A stretch of 64,000 nucleotides of DNA from an uncultured Gemmatimonadaceae bacterium (lineage in GTDB: Bacteria > Gemmatimonadota > Gemmatimonadetes > Gemmatimonadales > Gemmatimonadaceae). Made by a program: the position numbers and the translations under genes. Below, piece after piece: positions 49,509-59,922 of the stretch. The notes under the pieces were generated by a model that made no database searches, was not told the origin of the DNA, and saw only the letters and a list, made by a program, of their open reading frames with translations. Within the stretch, counting starts at the first letter, position 1. Each line of letters begins with the position of its first letter. The stretch is from contig CAWJMB010000003.1 in the NCBI GenBank assembly GCA_963843845.1, positions 32,001 through 96,000 on the forward strand, given 5' to 3'.

Positions 49509-50390
49509 ATGTTCGATTGGCGAACGTTCATGCAGCACGTGACGAATGCGAACCCGCAGTTCAGCGCGAAGCACAGTTCGCTGAAGCACCTCATCTTCGC
49601 GCTCGAACGGCCGCTGTCGAAGGTCAAGCCCGGGTGGGTGATCGACGCGCTCGTGAAGCTGAAGCCCGCGAAGCGGGCGCAGTACCAGGCCGCGGTCAAC
49701 TACGTCTGGGCGAACATCCCGAACCTCCCGCCGACCGCCGTGCCGCAGGGCGCCGTCGTCACGAACTTTCGGCAGACCTTCAAAGAGTACAGAGCGACCG
49801 ACCAGGCGTACGCGGGCTACGACCTCAACAACCTCGCGACGCCGCCGGTGTTCGTGCAGGGGCTCAAGAAGCACCACTTCATCTTCACGCTGAAGTGGGA
49901 AAGCAGCGATGGCAACCTGGCGTCGCTCGCCACCGTGTACACGCGCGAGCACGTGCAGTTCTTGAGCGACCCGACGCAGCCGCCGTTCAACTACATCTAC
50001 CAGACGTTCAAGGACCAGCACCCGACCCTGGGATTCTCCCAGCCCGACAAGGGAGGGAACCCCGCGAACGGCGGCAGTAACGACGACGATCACAGCTCGT
50101 CGGATCCGCGCGTGCTCGTGTCGAACCCGCGGCAGGTCGGGATGCTCGTGGCCCACCAGTCGTACCAGTACAACTCGACCGACACCCAGCGCGACGACCA
50201 CTGGATCGACATTCCCAACGGGCAGTTCCTGCTCCAGCGCTCCGTGTTGCGCCGCGGCAACGACTGGTACTTCCGATTCGGGAAGATCAATGCGGAGGAG
50301 AACGTCAACAAGTTCCGCTACGCGCACGACGTGAAGATCGAGCCGACCGGGCCGATGGTGCCGCGCGTGCTGAAAGACCTGACGCTCTGA
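49509..50390 (+). CDS. hypothetical protein, 293 aa, within the T6SS cluster
   Basis: AGGAG RBS upstream, strong codon bias, rich in N/K/Q/Y, no signal peptide or recognised family. Confidence 0.8.
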   Translation: MFDWRTFMQHVTNANPQFSAKHSSLKHLIFALERPLSKVKPGWVIDALVKLKPAKRAQYQAAVNYVWANIPNLPPTAVPQGAVVTNFRQTFKEYRATDQAYAGYDLNNLATPPVFVQGLKKHHFIFTLKWESSDGNLASLATVYTREHVQFLSDPTQPPFNYIYQTFKDQHPTLGFSQPDKGGNPANGGSNDDDHSSSDPRVLVSNPRQVGMLVAHQSYQYNSTDTQRDDHWIDIPNGQFLLQRSVLRRGNDWYFRFGKINAEENVNKFRYAHDVKIEPTGPMVPRVLKDLTL

Positions 50391-50417
50391 CGTGTCACGC
50401 GCGCTCCGCCCCGGCTG

Positions 50418-52028
50418 ATGCCGACCGCCGTTTCCGTCGCGCCGAGCGCGACCCCCGCCCTGCCGCCGCTCCGCATCGAGCCGCACGACGCGTTCGGCGT
50501 CGTGCACGCGCTGTTCACCAGCGCGCCGTTCGACGAGCGCGCCGTCGCCGCGCGGCTCGGCATCTCCTCCATGGTCGAGTTGTCCGAGCGCACGCCGTAC
50601 GTGCCGCTCGACGAGGCGACGGCCGACGCGACCGAGCTCCTGATCCGCCTGTTCGTCGACCGCGCCGAGCACCCGCGCGCGCTCGCCGCGCGCCTGTTCG
50701 GGGTCGAGGGTGTGCGTGCGCTCGAAGACGTGGGTCTGCTCGTCGGCGACCCCGTCGACGGCACCGCGCGTGGCGACGCGGTCCGCGCGACGGTCATGGT
50801 GCACCCGGTCGACGACGTGTGGATCGCGTCCGACTGGGTGTCGGGAGCGATGATCGTCAGCGGAGCGCTCGCGAGCGATCACGTGTTCAGCGCGAGCAAC
50901 AATCTCACGAAGCGGTATCTCGACTTCGTTCCCGACGCGCCCGGCGGACGATTTCTCGAGCTCTGTTCGGCGACGGGGATCGCTGCGATCCGCGCCGTCG
51001 TGCGCGGGGCCGCGGAGGCGTGGGCGACCGACGTGGTGCCGCGCTGTCTGCACTTCATGCGCTTCAACGCGCTGCTCAACGGGGTCGGCGCCCGCGTGAC
51101 CGTGCTCGCGAGCGACGTGTGGGCGGCGCTCGACGGCGAGACGTTCGACGTGATCGCCGCGCACCCGCCCTACGTGCCCGCGCTGGATCACCAGTACGAC
51201 TACCGGGACGGCGGCGGCGACGGCGAGCAGATCACGCGCCGCATCTTCGAGGGGCTCGCGCCGCACCTGCGTCCCGGCGGACGGTGCGTGGTACGGGCCG
51301 GGCTGACGGAACGCAGCGACGCCCCGATCGCGCAGCGCGTGCGCGGGTGGCTCGACGCGAGCGATGCGGGACGCGCGCTCGATGTCGCTGCGCTCGAGGA
51401 CGGCGTGTATGGCGCCGTCGAGGCGTACCGCGCCACGCAGCGGCAGCGAGGCTACCGCGGGATCGAGCGGTGGCTCGAGCACTTCGACGCGCTCGGCATC
51501 CGCCATTTCGCGCTCTGTACCGTCGAGGCGCGGCGTTCCGCGTCGGCGGACGACACGAGCGAGCACACGCCGCCGGCGCCCCGCGCCCCGCTGACGGCGC
51601 GCGCCTCGGCCGGCCCCGTCTCCGACGGGCGCACGCTCGATTGGCAGTTCCGGTGGGCGCGCTACGTGGCGACGGGGCCGGACGCGGAGTCCCGCCTGCG
51701 CGACGAGCGGCCGCGCGTGTCGCCGGACGTGCGGGTCACGGTGCAGCTGCAGATCGATGCGCAGGGCGACTGGCACACCGTCGGTGCGACGGCGGAGACG
51801 GTGTGGCCGTCGCACGGCGTCGTGAAGTTGCCGCCGCTCGCACCGACGATGCTCGAGCTCTACGACGGCACGCGCGGCGTCGCCGACGTGCTCGCGGGGC
51901 TGCGCGGGGCGGAGCTCGTCGACGCGGACGTGACGACCGCGCACGTCGCGGCGATCACGGAGAAGCTGGCCGAGGCCGGCGTGCTCACGCTCGCGCGGTG
52001 CCCGCCGCCCCCGCGCGACGCTACTTGA
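50418..52028 (+). CDS. class I SAM-dependent methyltransferase (HemK/MTS-like) with C-terminal PqqD-like winged helix
   Basis: FLELCSATGIAA, FNALLNG, FDVIAAHPPYVP, DGGGDGE, HLRPGG; tail LELYDGTRGVADVL...ITEKLAEAGVL. Confidence 0.8.
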   Translation: MPTAVSVAPSATPALPPLRIEPHDAFGVVHALFTSAPFDERAVAARLGISSMVELSERTPYVPLDEATADATELLIRLFVDRAEHPRALAARLFGVEGVRALEDVGLLVGDPVDGTARGDAVRATVMVHPVDDVWIASDWVSGAMIVSGALASDHVFSASNNLTKRYLDFVPDAPGGRFLELCSATGIAAIRAVVRGAAEAWATDVVPRCLHFMRFNALLNGVGARVTVLASDVWAALDGETFDVIAAHPPYVPALDHQYDYRDGGGDGEQITRRIFEGLAPHLRPGGRCVVRAGLTERSDAPIAQRVRGWLDASDAGRALDVAALEDGVYGAVEAYRATQRQRGYRGIERWLEHFDALGIRHFALCTVEARRSASADDTSEHTPPAPRAPLTARASAGPVSDGRTLDWQFRWARYVATGPDAESRLRDERPRVSPDVRVTVQLQIDAQGDWHTVGATAETVWPSHGVVKLPPLAPTMLELYDGTRGVADVLAGLRGAELVDADVTTAHVAAITEKLAEAGVLTLARCPPPPRDAT

Positions 52029-52139
52029 CATCTTTTCTTCCGCGCGTGACCCTTGCGCTGCTTCCACAGCACGCGCGCCAGCCGTCGAGCTGTCCGCGCC
52101 GCCCCCCGTCAGCACGCCCTCTCCCGTAGGAGCCTAGGT

Positions 52140-52658
52140 ATGGCCGACAGTACCCAGAAAAAGCTCGAGCGCGTTCGCCCGCCCCGCGTCGCCATCTCGT
52201 ACGAGGTCGAGACCGGCGGGGCCATCGAGAAGAAGGAGCTCCCGTTTCTCATGGGAGTCCTCGGCGACTTCACTGGTCAGCCGACGGAGCCGCTGCCGAA
52301 GCTCAAGGACCGGAAGTTCGTCGAGGTCACGCCGGACAACTTCGACGACACGCTCGCGAGCATGAAGCCGCACCTCGCGTTCACCGTGGAGAACAAGCTG
52401 TCGGAGGATGCGGACGCGCCGAAGCTCGCCGTCGACCTCAACTTCCGCAGCATGGACGACTTCTCGCCCGACGCCGTGGCCAAGCAGGTGAAGCCGCTGC
52501 GCGAGCTGCTCGAGCTGCGCACGCAGCTCGCCGACCTGCGCGGCTCGCTGCAGACGAACGAGAAGCTCGACGAGGCCCTCCAGGCGACGCTCGGCGACGA
52601 GGACAAGATGAAGAAGCTTCGCTCGGAGCTGGGACTCGGGGAGGAGACCAATGGCTGA
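52140..52658 (+). CDS. tssB: T6SS sheath small subunit TssB
   Basis: RVRPPRVAISYEVE, ELPFLMGVLGDF, FRSMDDFSPD, LLELRTQLADL. Confidence 0.97.
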   Translation: MADSTQKKLERVRPPRVAISYEVETGGAIEKKELPFLMGVLGDFTGQPTEPLPKLKDRKFVEVTPDNFDDTLASMKPHLAFTVENKLSEDADAPKLAVDLNFRSMDDFSPDAVAKQVKPLRELLELRTQLADLRGSLQTNEKLDEALQATLGDEDKMKKLRSELGLGEETNG

Positions 52659-54132
52659 AGCGCAGGCGGCGGGCGCCACGGGCGCCGCGGCGGACGCGGA
52701 GTTCTCGCTCCTCGACCAGATCGTCGACGAGGGGAAGGTCGGCGGGCGCGACGCGCAGGCGCGCGAGCGCGGCAAGGACCTCGTGAAGCGCTTCGTCTCG
52801 GAAGTGCTCGAGGGGTCGATCACGGTCGCGCGCGACACGGAGATGATGATCAACGCGCGCATCGCGCAGATCGATCACCTGCTGTCGTTGCAGCTGAACG
52901 AGATCATGCACCACCCCGACTTCCAGCGCCTCGAGGCGTCGTGGCGGGGGCTCAAGTACCTGCTGAGCCAGAGCGAGACGGGGACGATGCTCAAGATCAA
53001 GATCCTCAACGTCTCGAAGAAGGACCTGCTGCGCGACCTGCAGCGCGCGCCGGAGTTCGACCAGAGTGCGCTGTTCAAGAAGGTCTACGAGGAGGAGTAC
53101 GGCGTGTTCGGCGGCACGCCGTTCGGCGCGCTCGTCGGCGACTACTACTTCGACAAGAGCGGGCAGGACATCGAGCTGCTCGAGAAGGTGTCGAACGTCG
53201 CGGCGGCGGCGCACGCGCCATTCCTCTCGTCGGCGGCGCCCGAGATGTTCAACCTGACGAGCTTCACCGAGCTCGATCAGCCGCGCGACCTCGCGAAGAT
53301 CTTCGACACCACCGAGTACGCGAAGTGGAAGTCGTTCCGCCAGAGCGACGACTCGCGCTACGTCGCGCTCACCGGACCGCGCATCCTCATGCGCGAGCCG
53401 TACGGCAGCTCGACGGTGCCGATCGAGGCCTTCAACTACGAAGAGCGCGTCGACGGCAGCAACCACGACGCGTACCTCTGGGGTAATTCGGCGTACGCGC
53501 TCGCGGCCAACGTCAACAAGGCCTTCGCCGCCAGCGGCTGGTGCGCGACGATCCGCGGTGTCGAGAGCGGCGGCCTCGTCGAGGGGCTGCCGGTGCACAA
53601 CTTCCGCACGGAAGCGGGCGAGATGGCGATGAAGTGCCCGACCGAGGTGCAGGTCACCGACCGTCGCGAGAAAGAGCTCGCGGACCTCGGCTTCGCGGCG
53701 CTCGTGCACCAGAAGGGGACCGACAACGCCGCGTTCTTCAGCGTGCAGTCGGCGCAGAAGCCGAAGACCTTCGACACGCCGCAGGCGTCGGCGAGCGCGC
53801 GCCTCTCGGCGCAGTTGCCGTACATCTTCGCGACGTCGCGCTTCGCGCACTATCTGAAGGTCATGATGCGCGACAAGATCGGCGGCTACACGTCGCGCAC
53901 GCAGATCGACGCATTCCTGAATCGGTGGATTCAGGGCTACGTCACCGGCGACGACGCGAGCGCCTCGATCAAGGCGCAGCGTCCGCTCGGCGAGGCGCGC
54001 ATCGACGTCGTCGAGGTGCCCGGGAAGCCGGGCGTCTTCCGCGCCGTGGCGTTCATGCGTCCGCACTACCAGCTCGACGAGATCGGAATCGCGATGCGCC
54101 TCGTCGCCGAGCTGCCGCCGCCGGCGGCGTGA
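52651..54132 (+). CDS. tssC: T6SS sheath large subunit TssC
   Basis: IMHHPDFQRLEASWRGL, FKKVYEEEYG, AAAAHAPF, LWGNSA, KCPTE, SRFAHYLKVMMRDKIG, RPHYQL. Confidence 0.98.
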   Translation: MAEAQAAGATGAAADAEFSLLDQIVDEGKVGGRDAQARERGKDLVKRFVSEVLEGSITVARDTEMMINARIAQIDHLLSLQLNEIMHHPDFQRLEASWRGLKYLLSQSETGTMLKIKILNVSKKDLLRDLQRAPEFDQSALFKKVYEEEYGVFGGTPFGALVGDYYFDKSGQDIELLEKVSNVAAAAHAPFLSSAAPEMFNLTSFTELDQPRDLAKIFDTTEYAKWKSFRQSDDSRYVALTGPRILMREPYGSSTVPIEAFNYEERVDGSNHDAYLWGNSAYALAANVNKAFAASGWCATIRGVESGGLVEGLPVHNFRTEAGEMAMKCPTEVQVTDRREKELADLGFAALVHQKGTDNAAFFSVQSAQKPKTFDTPQASASARLSAQLPYIFATSRFAHYLKVMMRDKIGGYTSRTQIDAFLNRWIQGYVTGDDASASIKAQRPLGEARIDVVEVPGKPGVFRAVAFMRPHYQLDEIGIAMRLVAELPPPAA

Positions 54133-54266
54133 GTTGAACGCGCGCGCCGTCGCGAAACGTCTTGGTGACGTTGCGGTGACGGACGCGCGCTAGTGTTGTC
54201 GCACACGCCGCCGCGGGAACAGTCCCGCGGCGGCGACCCCCCTCTCCACACGGACGGACAGCGACC

Positions 54267-54764
54267 ATGCCATTCGATTCTTATCTGGACCTCGGCAAGG
54301 ACTTCGAGGGCGAAGCGACCGCGAAGGGGATGGAGAAGAAGATCGAGATCTTCTCCTTCTCGTGGGGCGCGTCGGCCCCGGTCACGGTCGGCCCCGGCTC
54401 CGACGGGATCTCGGCGTCGCGCGTGAGCATCTCGTCGTTCAACGTCATGAAGAAGACCGACAAGGTCTCGCCGAAGCTCTTCCAGGCGGCCTGCCTCGGG
54501 ACGCACATCCCGAAGATCGACGTCTTCCTGCGCAAGCAGACCGGAAAGGGCGGACAGGACGTGTTCCTGTCGTACAAGTTCGAAGAGGCGATGGTCGAGT
54601 CGGTGCAGTGGTCGGGCTCGAGCGGCGGCGACGATACGCCGACGGAGTCGCTCTCCTTCGCGTTCTCCAAGGTGACGATCGAGTACAAGACGCAGGACGC
54701 GACGGGTAAGCTCCTCGCCGGAACGCCGGTCGTCTGGGATCTCACGAAGGTCTCGGCCGAGTAA
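54267..54764 (+). CDS. hcp: T6SS tube protein Hcp/TssD
   Basis: IEIFSFSWG, KKTDKVSPKLFQA, GTHI, ESLSFAFSKVTIEY, WDL. Confidence 0.96.
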   Translation: MPFDSYLDLGKDFEGEATAKGMEKKIEIFSFSWGASAPVTVGPGSDGISASRVSISSFNVMKKTDKVSPKLFQAACLGTHIPKIDVFLRKQTGKGGQDVFLSYKFEEAMVESVQWSGSSGGDDTPTESLSFAFSKVTIEYKTQDATGKLLAGTPVVWDLTKVSAE

Positions 54765-54785
54765 GCGTCCGCCCAGGAACCGCGA

Positions 54786-55502
54786 ATGCCGACCGCACGC
54801 GAGCTGTACGCCGCCGGGCACCTCGACGCGGCGATCGACACGCTGGGCGCCGAGCTTCGGAGCAATCCGACCGACGCCCAGCGGCGCACGTTTCTGTTCG
54901 AGCTGCTGTCGTTCGCGGGTCAGTACGACCGCGCCGAGAAGCAGCTCGACGCGCTCGCGCGGTCTCGGGGCGGCGGCAGCACCGACGCCGAGCTCGCCGT
55001 GCTTCCGTACCGTGCGGCCCTCCAGGCGGAGCGCATCCGCGAGCACATGTTCGAGACCGGCGACTTTCCGGAGGGGACGGCGCCCGCCCCGGTCGCCGGA
55101 ACGCTGAACGGCCGTGCGTTCTCGTCGATCGAAGACGCGGACCCGCGCGTCGGGACGCGGCTCGAGGTGATGGCCGCCGGGAAGTACATGTGGGTGCCGT
55201 ACGCCTACCTCGAGGCCGTGCGCGTCGAGGCGCCGCGCATGCTCCGCGACGTGCGGTGGATGCCGGCGCGCGTCAGCACGAGCGCCGCCATCCGCGAGAT
55301 GGAGCTCGGCGAGGTGCTGCTCCCAGCGCTCACGCCGAGCGTGTGGCGCACCGCCGACGCCGAGCTGCGGCTCGGTCGGGCGACGGATTGGGAGGAGCTC
55401 CCCGACGGCGAGTACGTGCCGGTCGGGCAGAAGATGTTGCGCGTCGACGACGACCTAGTCCCATTCTCTGAGGTGCGCGAGCTTACGTTCGCAACGTCGT
55501 GA
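54786..55502 (+). CDS. tagJ: T6SS accessory TagJ/ImpE (SciE)
   Basis: RTFLFELLSFAGQYDRAEKQL, DADPRVG, GKYMWVP, LRLGRATDW, GQKML. Confidence 0.9.
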   Translation: MPTARELYAAGHLDAAIDTLGAELRSNPTDAQRRTFLFELLSFAGQYDRAEKQLDALARSRGGGSTDAELAVLPYRAALQAERIREHMFETGDFPEGTAPAPVAGTLNGRAFSSIEDADPRVGTRLEVMAAGKYMWVPYAYLEAVRVEAPRMLRDVRWMPARVSTSAAIREMELGEVLLPALTPSVWRTADAELRLGRATDWEELPDGEYVPVGQKMLRVDDDLVPFSEVRELTFATS

Positions 55503-55611
55503 GTCTCACCGCGCGGCCAGCCCGGTACACCACCGAGCCGGTTCGCGACGCGTGGCGCGGGGCCTCGAAGCGTGAGGGCCGCGCCGCGCTCGTCTCTGCC
55601 CGTTCCTTCGC

Positions 55612-57486
55612 ATGCCCGTCGACACCGCGCTGATCGAAGCCGTTCTCGTTCCCGTCCCCGGCGACAACCCCGCCGGCGCGGATCTGCGCTACGATGCGCG
55701 CTACGACCAGATCAAGGAGGCGCGGCGCGAGGATCTCGACATCCCGGGCGGCGGCGAACGCAAGCTCGGCGACTGGCCGCAGGTCATCGCGCTGTCGCGC
55801 AAGCTGCTCGAGACCGAGACGAAAGACCTGCAGCTCGCCGGCTGGCTCGCCGAAGCGCTGCTCAAGCGCGACGGACTGAGCGGATTCGCGGCCGGACTCG
55901 ACGCGATGCGCGGGCTGCTCGACGGGTTCTGGGAGACCGTCTATCCCGCGTGGGACGAAGACGATCCGGAGCTTCGTGCCGGCCCGCTCGAGTGGGTCGG
56001 CACGCGCCTCGACGTCGCGGTGCGGCAGCTGCCGATCGCGCCGGGGGGCGTCACGCTGCTCGCCTACCAGGCGTCGCGCGGCATACCGACGGAGGACGAG
56101 GCAGAGAACAACAGCGACAAGCGGTCGGCGCGCGCCGAGGCGATCGCCGAGGGGAAGCTTCCGCCGGAGGAGGCCGATCGCGCCATCGCCGGCGCAACGA
56201 AGGCGTTCTACAAGGGCGTCGTCGCCGACGTCGACGCGGCGGGCACCGCACTCGCGGCGCTCGAGAAAGTGGCCGACGATCGCTTCGGACGCGACGCCCC
56301 GTCGTTCATGCGCCTGCGCGCCGCGCTCGACGACATGAAGCGCACGGCGTCGGCGATCCTCGCGCAGAAGCTGATCGACGACCCCGACCCGATCGTCGAG
56401 GAGCCGGTCGACGGCGCCGCGTCCGCCGAGGCGCCCGTCGCCGACGGTCCGCTCACTCCCGAGCCGGTCAGCGCGGCGGACGCGGCGGCGCGCGTCGGCG
56501 TGGCCGCGCGCTACCTGCGCAAGCAGGACCCGACGAACCCCGCATCGTACCTCATGGTGCGCGGCTTTCGCTGGGGCGAGCTGCGCGCGTCCGGTGACGG
56601 CGTGCCGAACCCGAAGCTGCTCGAGGCGCCACCGACGGCGATCCGCGTGCGACTCAAAGGCCTGCTCCTCGACGGCAAGTGGCCGGAGCTGCTCGAGCAG
56701 TGCGAGCAGGTGATGGCGACGCCGCAGGGACGCGGCTGGCTCGACCTCCAACGCTACGTGCTCACCGCGTGCGGTGAACTCGGCTACGACGCGGTGGCGA
56801 CGGCGGTGCGCGGCGAGTTGCGGGCGCTGCTCGCCGCCGTTCCGCGGCTCACGGAGATGACGCTCATGGACGACACCCCGACCGCGAACGCCGAAACGCA
56901 ACAGTGGCTCGACGGGGCCGGACTGACGGCGCCGGACGCCGCGGAGTCTGGCGATTCCGCGGAGGGGGGCGTACAGGCGGAGGACGCCGAGCTCGCCGAC
57001 CAGACGGACGCGATGGACCTCGCACTCGGCGAGGAGGATGCGACGAGCGAGCACGGGGGGCTGCGCGCCGGCACGCGGCGGCGCGCCGGCGCGTCGCTCG
57101 GCGCGGCGAAGGACCCGTTCGCGACGGCGCGCACCGAGCTGGCGCAGGGTCGCCCGAACCGCGCGATCGAGCTGCTGCTCGCCGAGCTGTCGCGCGAGCG
57201 GTCGCCGCGCGGGCGTTTCGTGCGACAGACACAGATCGCGTACGTCATGGTCGAGGCGGGACACCACAGCGTCGCCCAGCCGATCCTCGAGCGCCTCGTC
57301 ACGACGATCGACGAGCGGACACTCGAAGACTGGGAGGCGGGGCCGCTCGTGGCGCAACCGATAGCGCTCCTCTGCCGCGTCTACGACCAGACGGGAGAGG
57401 AAGGTGCGGCGTTCGTGCGGAACGAGCTCTACCTGCGCGTCTGCCGCCTCGACCCGCTGCAAGCGCTCGTCTTGCAGCGCGCCTGA
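55612..57486 (+). CDS. tssA: T6SS TssA (ImpA N-terminal domain)
   Basis: PVPGDNPAGADLRYD, TKDLQLAGWL, PTNPASYL, GWLDLQ, DDTPTANAETQQWL, RLDPLQA. Confidence 0.92.
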   Translation: MPVDTALIEAVLVPVPGDNPAGADLRYDARYDQIKEARREDLDIPGGGERKLGDWPQVIALSRKLLETETKDLQLAGWLAEALLKRDGLSGFAAGLDAMRGLLDGFWETVYPAWDEDDPELRAGPLEWVGTRLDVAVRQLPIAPGGVTLLAYQASRGIPTEDEAENNSDKRSARAEAIAEGKLPPEEADRAIAGATKAFYKGVVADVDAAGTALAALEKVADDRFGRDAPSFMRLRAALDDMKRTASAILAQKLIDDPDPIVEEPVDGAASAEAPVADGPLTPEPVSAADAAARVGVAARYLRKQDPTNPASYLMVRGFRWGELRASGDGVPNPKLLEAPPTAIRVRLKGLLLDGKWPELLEQCEQVMATPQGRGWLDLQRYVLTACGELGYDAVATAVRGELRALLAAVPRLTEMTLMDDTPTANAETQQWLDGAGLTAPDAAESGDSAEGGVQAEDAELADQTDAMDLALGEEDATSEHGGLRAGTRRRAGASLGAAKDPFATARTELAQGRPNRAIELLLAELSRERSPRGRFVRQTQIAYVMVEAGHHSVAQPILERLVTTIDERTLEDWEAGPLVAQPIALLCRVYDQTGEEGAAFVRNELYLRVCRLDPLQALVLQRA

Positions 57487-57529
57487 CGCGTGCGGAACGC
57501 ACGCCCCACGCCCGCCTGACGGACGCGCC

Positions 57530-58036
57530 GTGGCCCGCACCGAGATCGAGCGCGTCATCCAGCCGTCGCTGCTCGACCGCCTCACCGACTTCGAGCCCGG
57601 GGTCGCCGCGGACTCCGCGCTCACGCGCGACGAGTCGGTGCGACAGTTCCGCGCGGCGGTCCAGCGCGACGTCGAGATGCTGCTGAACACGCGGCGCACG
57701 ATCGCGCTCGCCCCCGCGTCGTGCCCGGAGCTGCACGATTCCGGGCACGAGTACGGGCTCCCCGACACGACGGGGATGCCAGTCGGCAGCAAGGCGGGCC
57801 GCGAGCGGCTCATCGCGTCGCTGACTGACGCGCTCGAGCGGTTCGAGCCGCGCCTCGGCGGCCCGCAGGTGCAGCTCATCCAGTCGGACCAGGTGCGCTC
57901 GCCGCAGGTGCGGTTCGTGGTGCAGGCGATGCTGCGGCTGGAGCCGAGCCCCGAGCGCGTCGTGTTCGACACGACCTTGGAGCTGGCGAGCGGCGAATAC
58001 GACGTCGACGAAGGCAAGGACGGAGGGGGGACGTAA
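57530..58036 (+). CDS. tssE: T6SS baseplate TssE
   Basis: PSLLDRLTD, RDVEMLLNTR, YGLPD, FEPRL. Confidence 0.93.
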   Translation: MARTEIERVIQPSLLDRLTDFEPGVAADSALTRDESVRQFRAAVQRDVEMLLNTRRTIALAPASCPELHDSGHEYGLPDTTGMPVGSKAGRERLIASLTDALERFEPRLGGPQVQLIQSDQVRSPQVRFVVQAMLRLEPSPERVVFDTTLELASGEYDVDEGKDGGGT

Positions 58037-58041
58037 CCGTC

Positions 58042-59900
58042 GTGCGGGACGACTTGCTGCTGTATTACGAGCGTGAGCTGACGTACCTCCGCCGACTCGG
58101 CGCGGAGTTCGCGGCGCGGTATCCGAAGGTGGCGTCGCGGTTGCAGCTGGAGCCGACGAAGTGCGAGGACCCGCACGTCGAGCGGCTGCTCGAAGGGTTC
58201 GCGTTCCTCACCGCGCGCGTTCACCACCGGCTCGACGGCGATCTGCCGGAGGTCTCGGAGGCGCTGCTCGACGTGCTGCACCCGCAGCACGTGCGCCCGA
58301 TCCCGTCGCTGTCGCTCGTCGAGCTGGAGCTGGATCCGGAGCTGGGCAAGCTCCCCGGCGGGCACCACGTGCCGCGCGGCAGCGAGCTGCGCTCGGCGAG
58401 CGTGCAGGGGCTCGCGCTCCGCTTTCGCAGCTGCTACGACGTCACCCTCTGGCCGATCACCGTCGCCGCGGCGGAGTGGACGTCGGCCGACCGCGTGGTC
58501 GGCGGGGGGGTCCGCGTCGGCGAGGCGGTCGGCGCGATCCGGCTCGAGCTGCGCGCGTTCGACGACTTCAAGCTCGCGGAGCTGACGACCGACAGCGCGC
58601 TCCGCTTCTACCTCGCGGGCGACGCGACGGTCGCCGACACGCTGCACGAGCTCCTGCTCAACAACTGCCTGCGCGTGATCGTGCGCGACCCCGACCAGCC
58701 GTCGCGCGCGCCGGTCGTGCTCTCGGCGGGCGCGGTGCGGCCGGTCGGGTACGAGGAGCACGAAGCGATGCTGCCGTACCCGCGGCGCGCGTTCGCCGGC
58801 TTCACGCTCCTGCAGGAACTCTTCGCATTCCCGCAGAAGTTCCTGTTCGTCGAGGTCGGCGGCGTGGCCGCGGCGCTCCGAGCGTTAGGCGCCGGCAGTC
58901 GCGCCGAGCTGTCGTTCATCTTCGCGCCGTTCGAGCGCGCCGAGCGGCGGCAGGCGGTCGAGCTCGGCGTGAACGCGCGGACGTTCCGGCTCGGGTGCAC
59001 GCCGATCGTCAACCTGTTCGAGCAGATCGCGGAGCCGATCCTGCTCACGCAGCGTCAGCCGGAGTACATCGTCGTTCCCGACGCGCGGCGCCGGCTCGAG
59101 ATCGAGACGTGGTCGATCGACTCGGTGACGGGGATCACGCCGGGGCAGGGCGACCCGATGCCGATCGAGGCGTTGTACGCGCTCCGCCCGGGCGCGACGG
59201 GGGGCGCGCCGACGCGCGCGGCGTGTTCTGGCACGCCGTGCGGCGCGCGACCGAGTGGCGCAGCGACGAGGGGACCGAGGTCGCGATCTCGTTCGCGGAT
59301 CTGTCGGGACGGGTGCGCGCGCCGGACGCCCAGGTCGCGTCGATGCGCGTGACCTGCTACAACGGCGACCTGCCGAACCACCTGCCGTTCGGCGTCGACG
59401 AGCGCGGCGATTTCGAGCTCGTGCAGGGGGGGCCGATCCGCCGCGTGCTCGCGCTCGTGAAGCCGACGCCGGTCATCCAGCCGCCGTTAGGCAAGCCGCT
59501 CTTGTGGCGGCTCATCTCGGCGCTGTCGCTGAACCACCTGTCGCTCGTCGAGAACGGGCGCGACGCCCTGCGCGAGCTGCTGCGGCTGCACAACGCCGGC
59601 GACTCGACCGGCGGCGAGCGGCAGATCCAGGGGCTCGTCGGCGTCACGAGCGCGCCGTCGTACGCGCGCGTGGCAGCCGACCAGGGCATCGCGTTCGCGC
59701 GCGGGCGACGCGTGGAGCTCGAGTTCGACGAGGAGCAGTTCCCGGGCGGCGGGATGTTCCTGTTCGCGAGCGTGCTCGAGCGCTTCCTCGCCATGTACGC
59801 GTCGATGAACAGCTTCACACAGCTCGCCGCGCGTTCGCGCCAGCGGAAGCGCGTCGTGCGCGAGTGGGCGCCGCGCGCGGGCGCGAGAACGCTGATATGA
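58042..59900 (+). CDS. tssF: T6SS baseplate TssF; frameshift near 59210
   Basis: LLYYERELTYLR, DPHVERLLEGFAFLTAR, FAFPQKFLF, GCTPIVNLF, WRLISALSLNHLSL, SMNSFTQL. Confidence 0.95.
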
Positions 59901-59922
59901 GCGGGCGCCGCCGCAGGCGCGT

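Noticed and set aside
50418..52028. RiPP cluster implied by the PqqD-like tail
   Set aside because: No short precursor ORF, peptidase or exporter is visible beside it
55483..58761. Long Arg/Ala-rich antisense ORFs (also 27620-30535, 49380-52115, 39946-42009)
   Set aside because: Shadow frames expected at this GC content opposite well-supported genes
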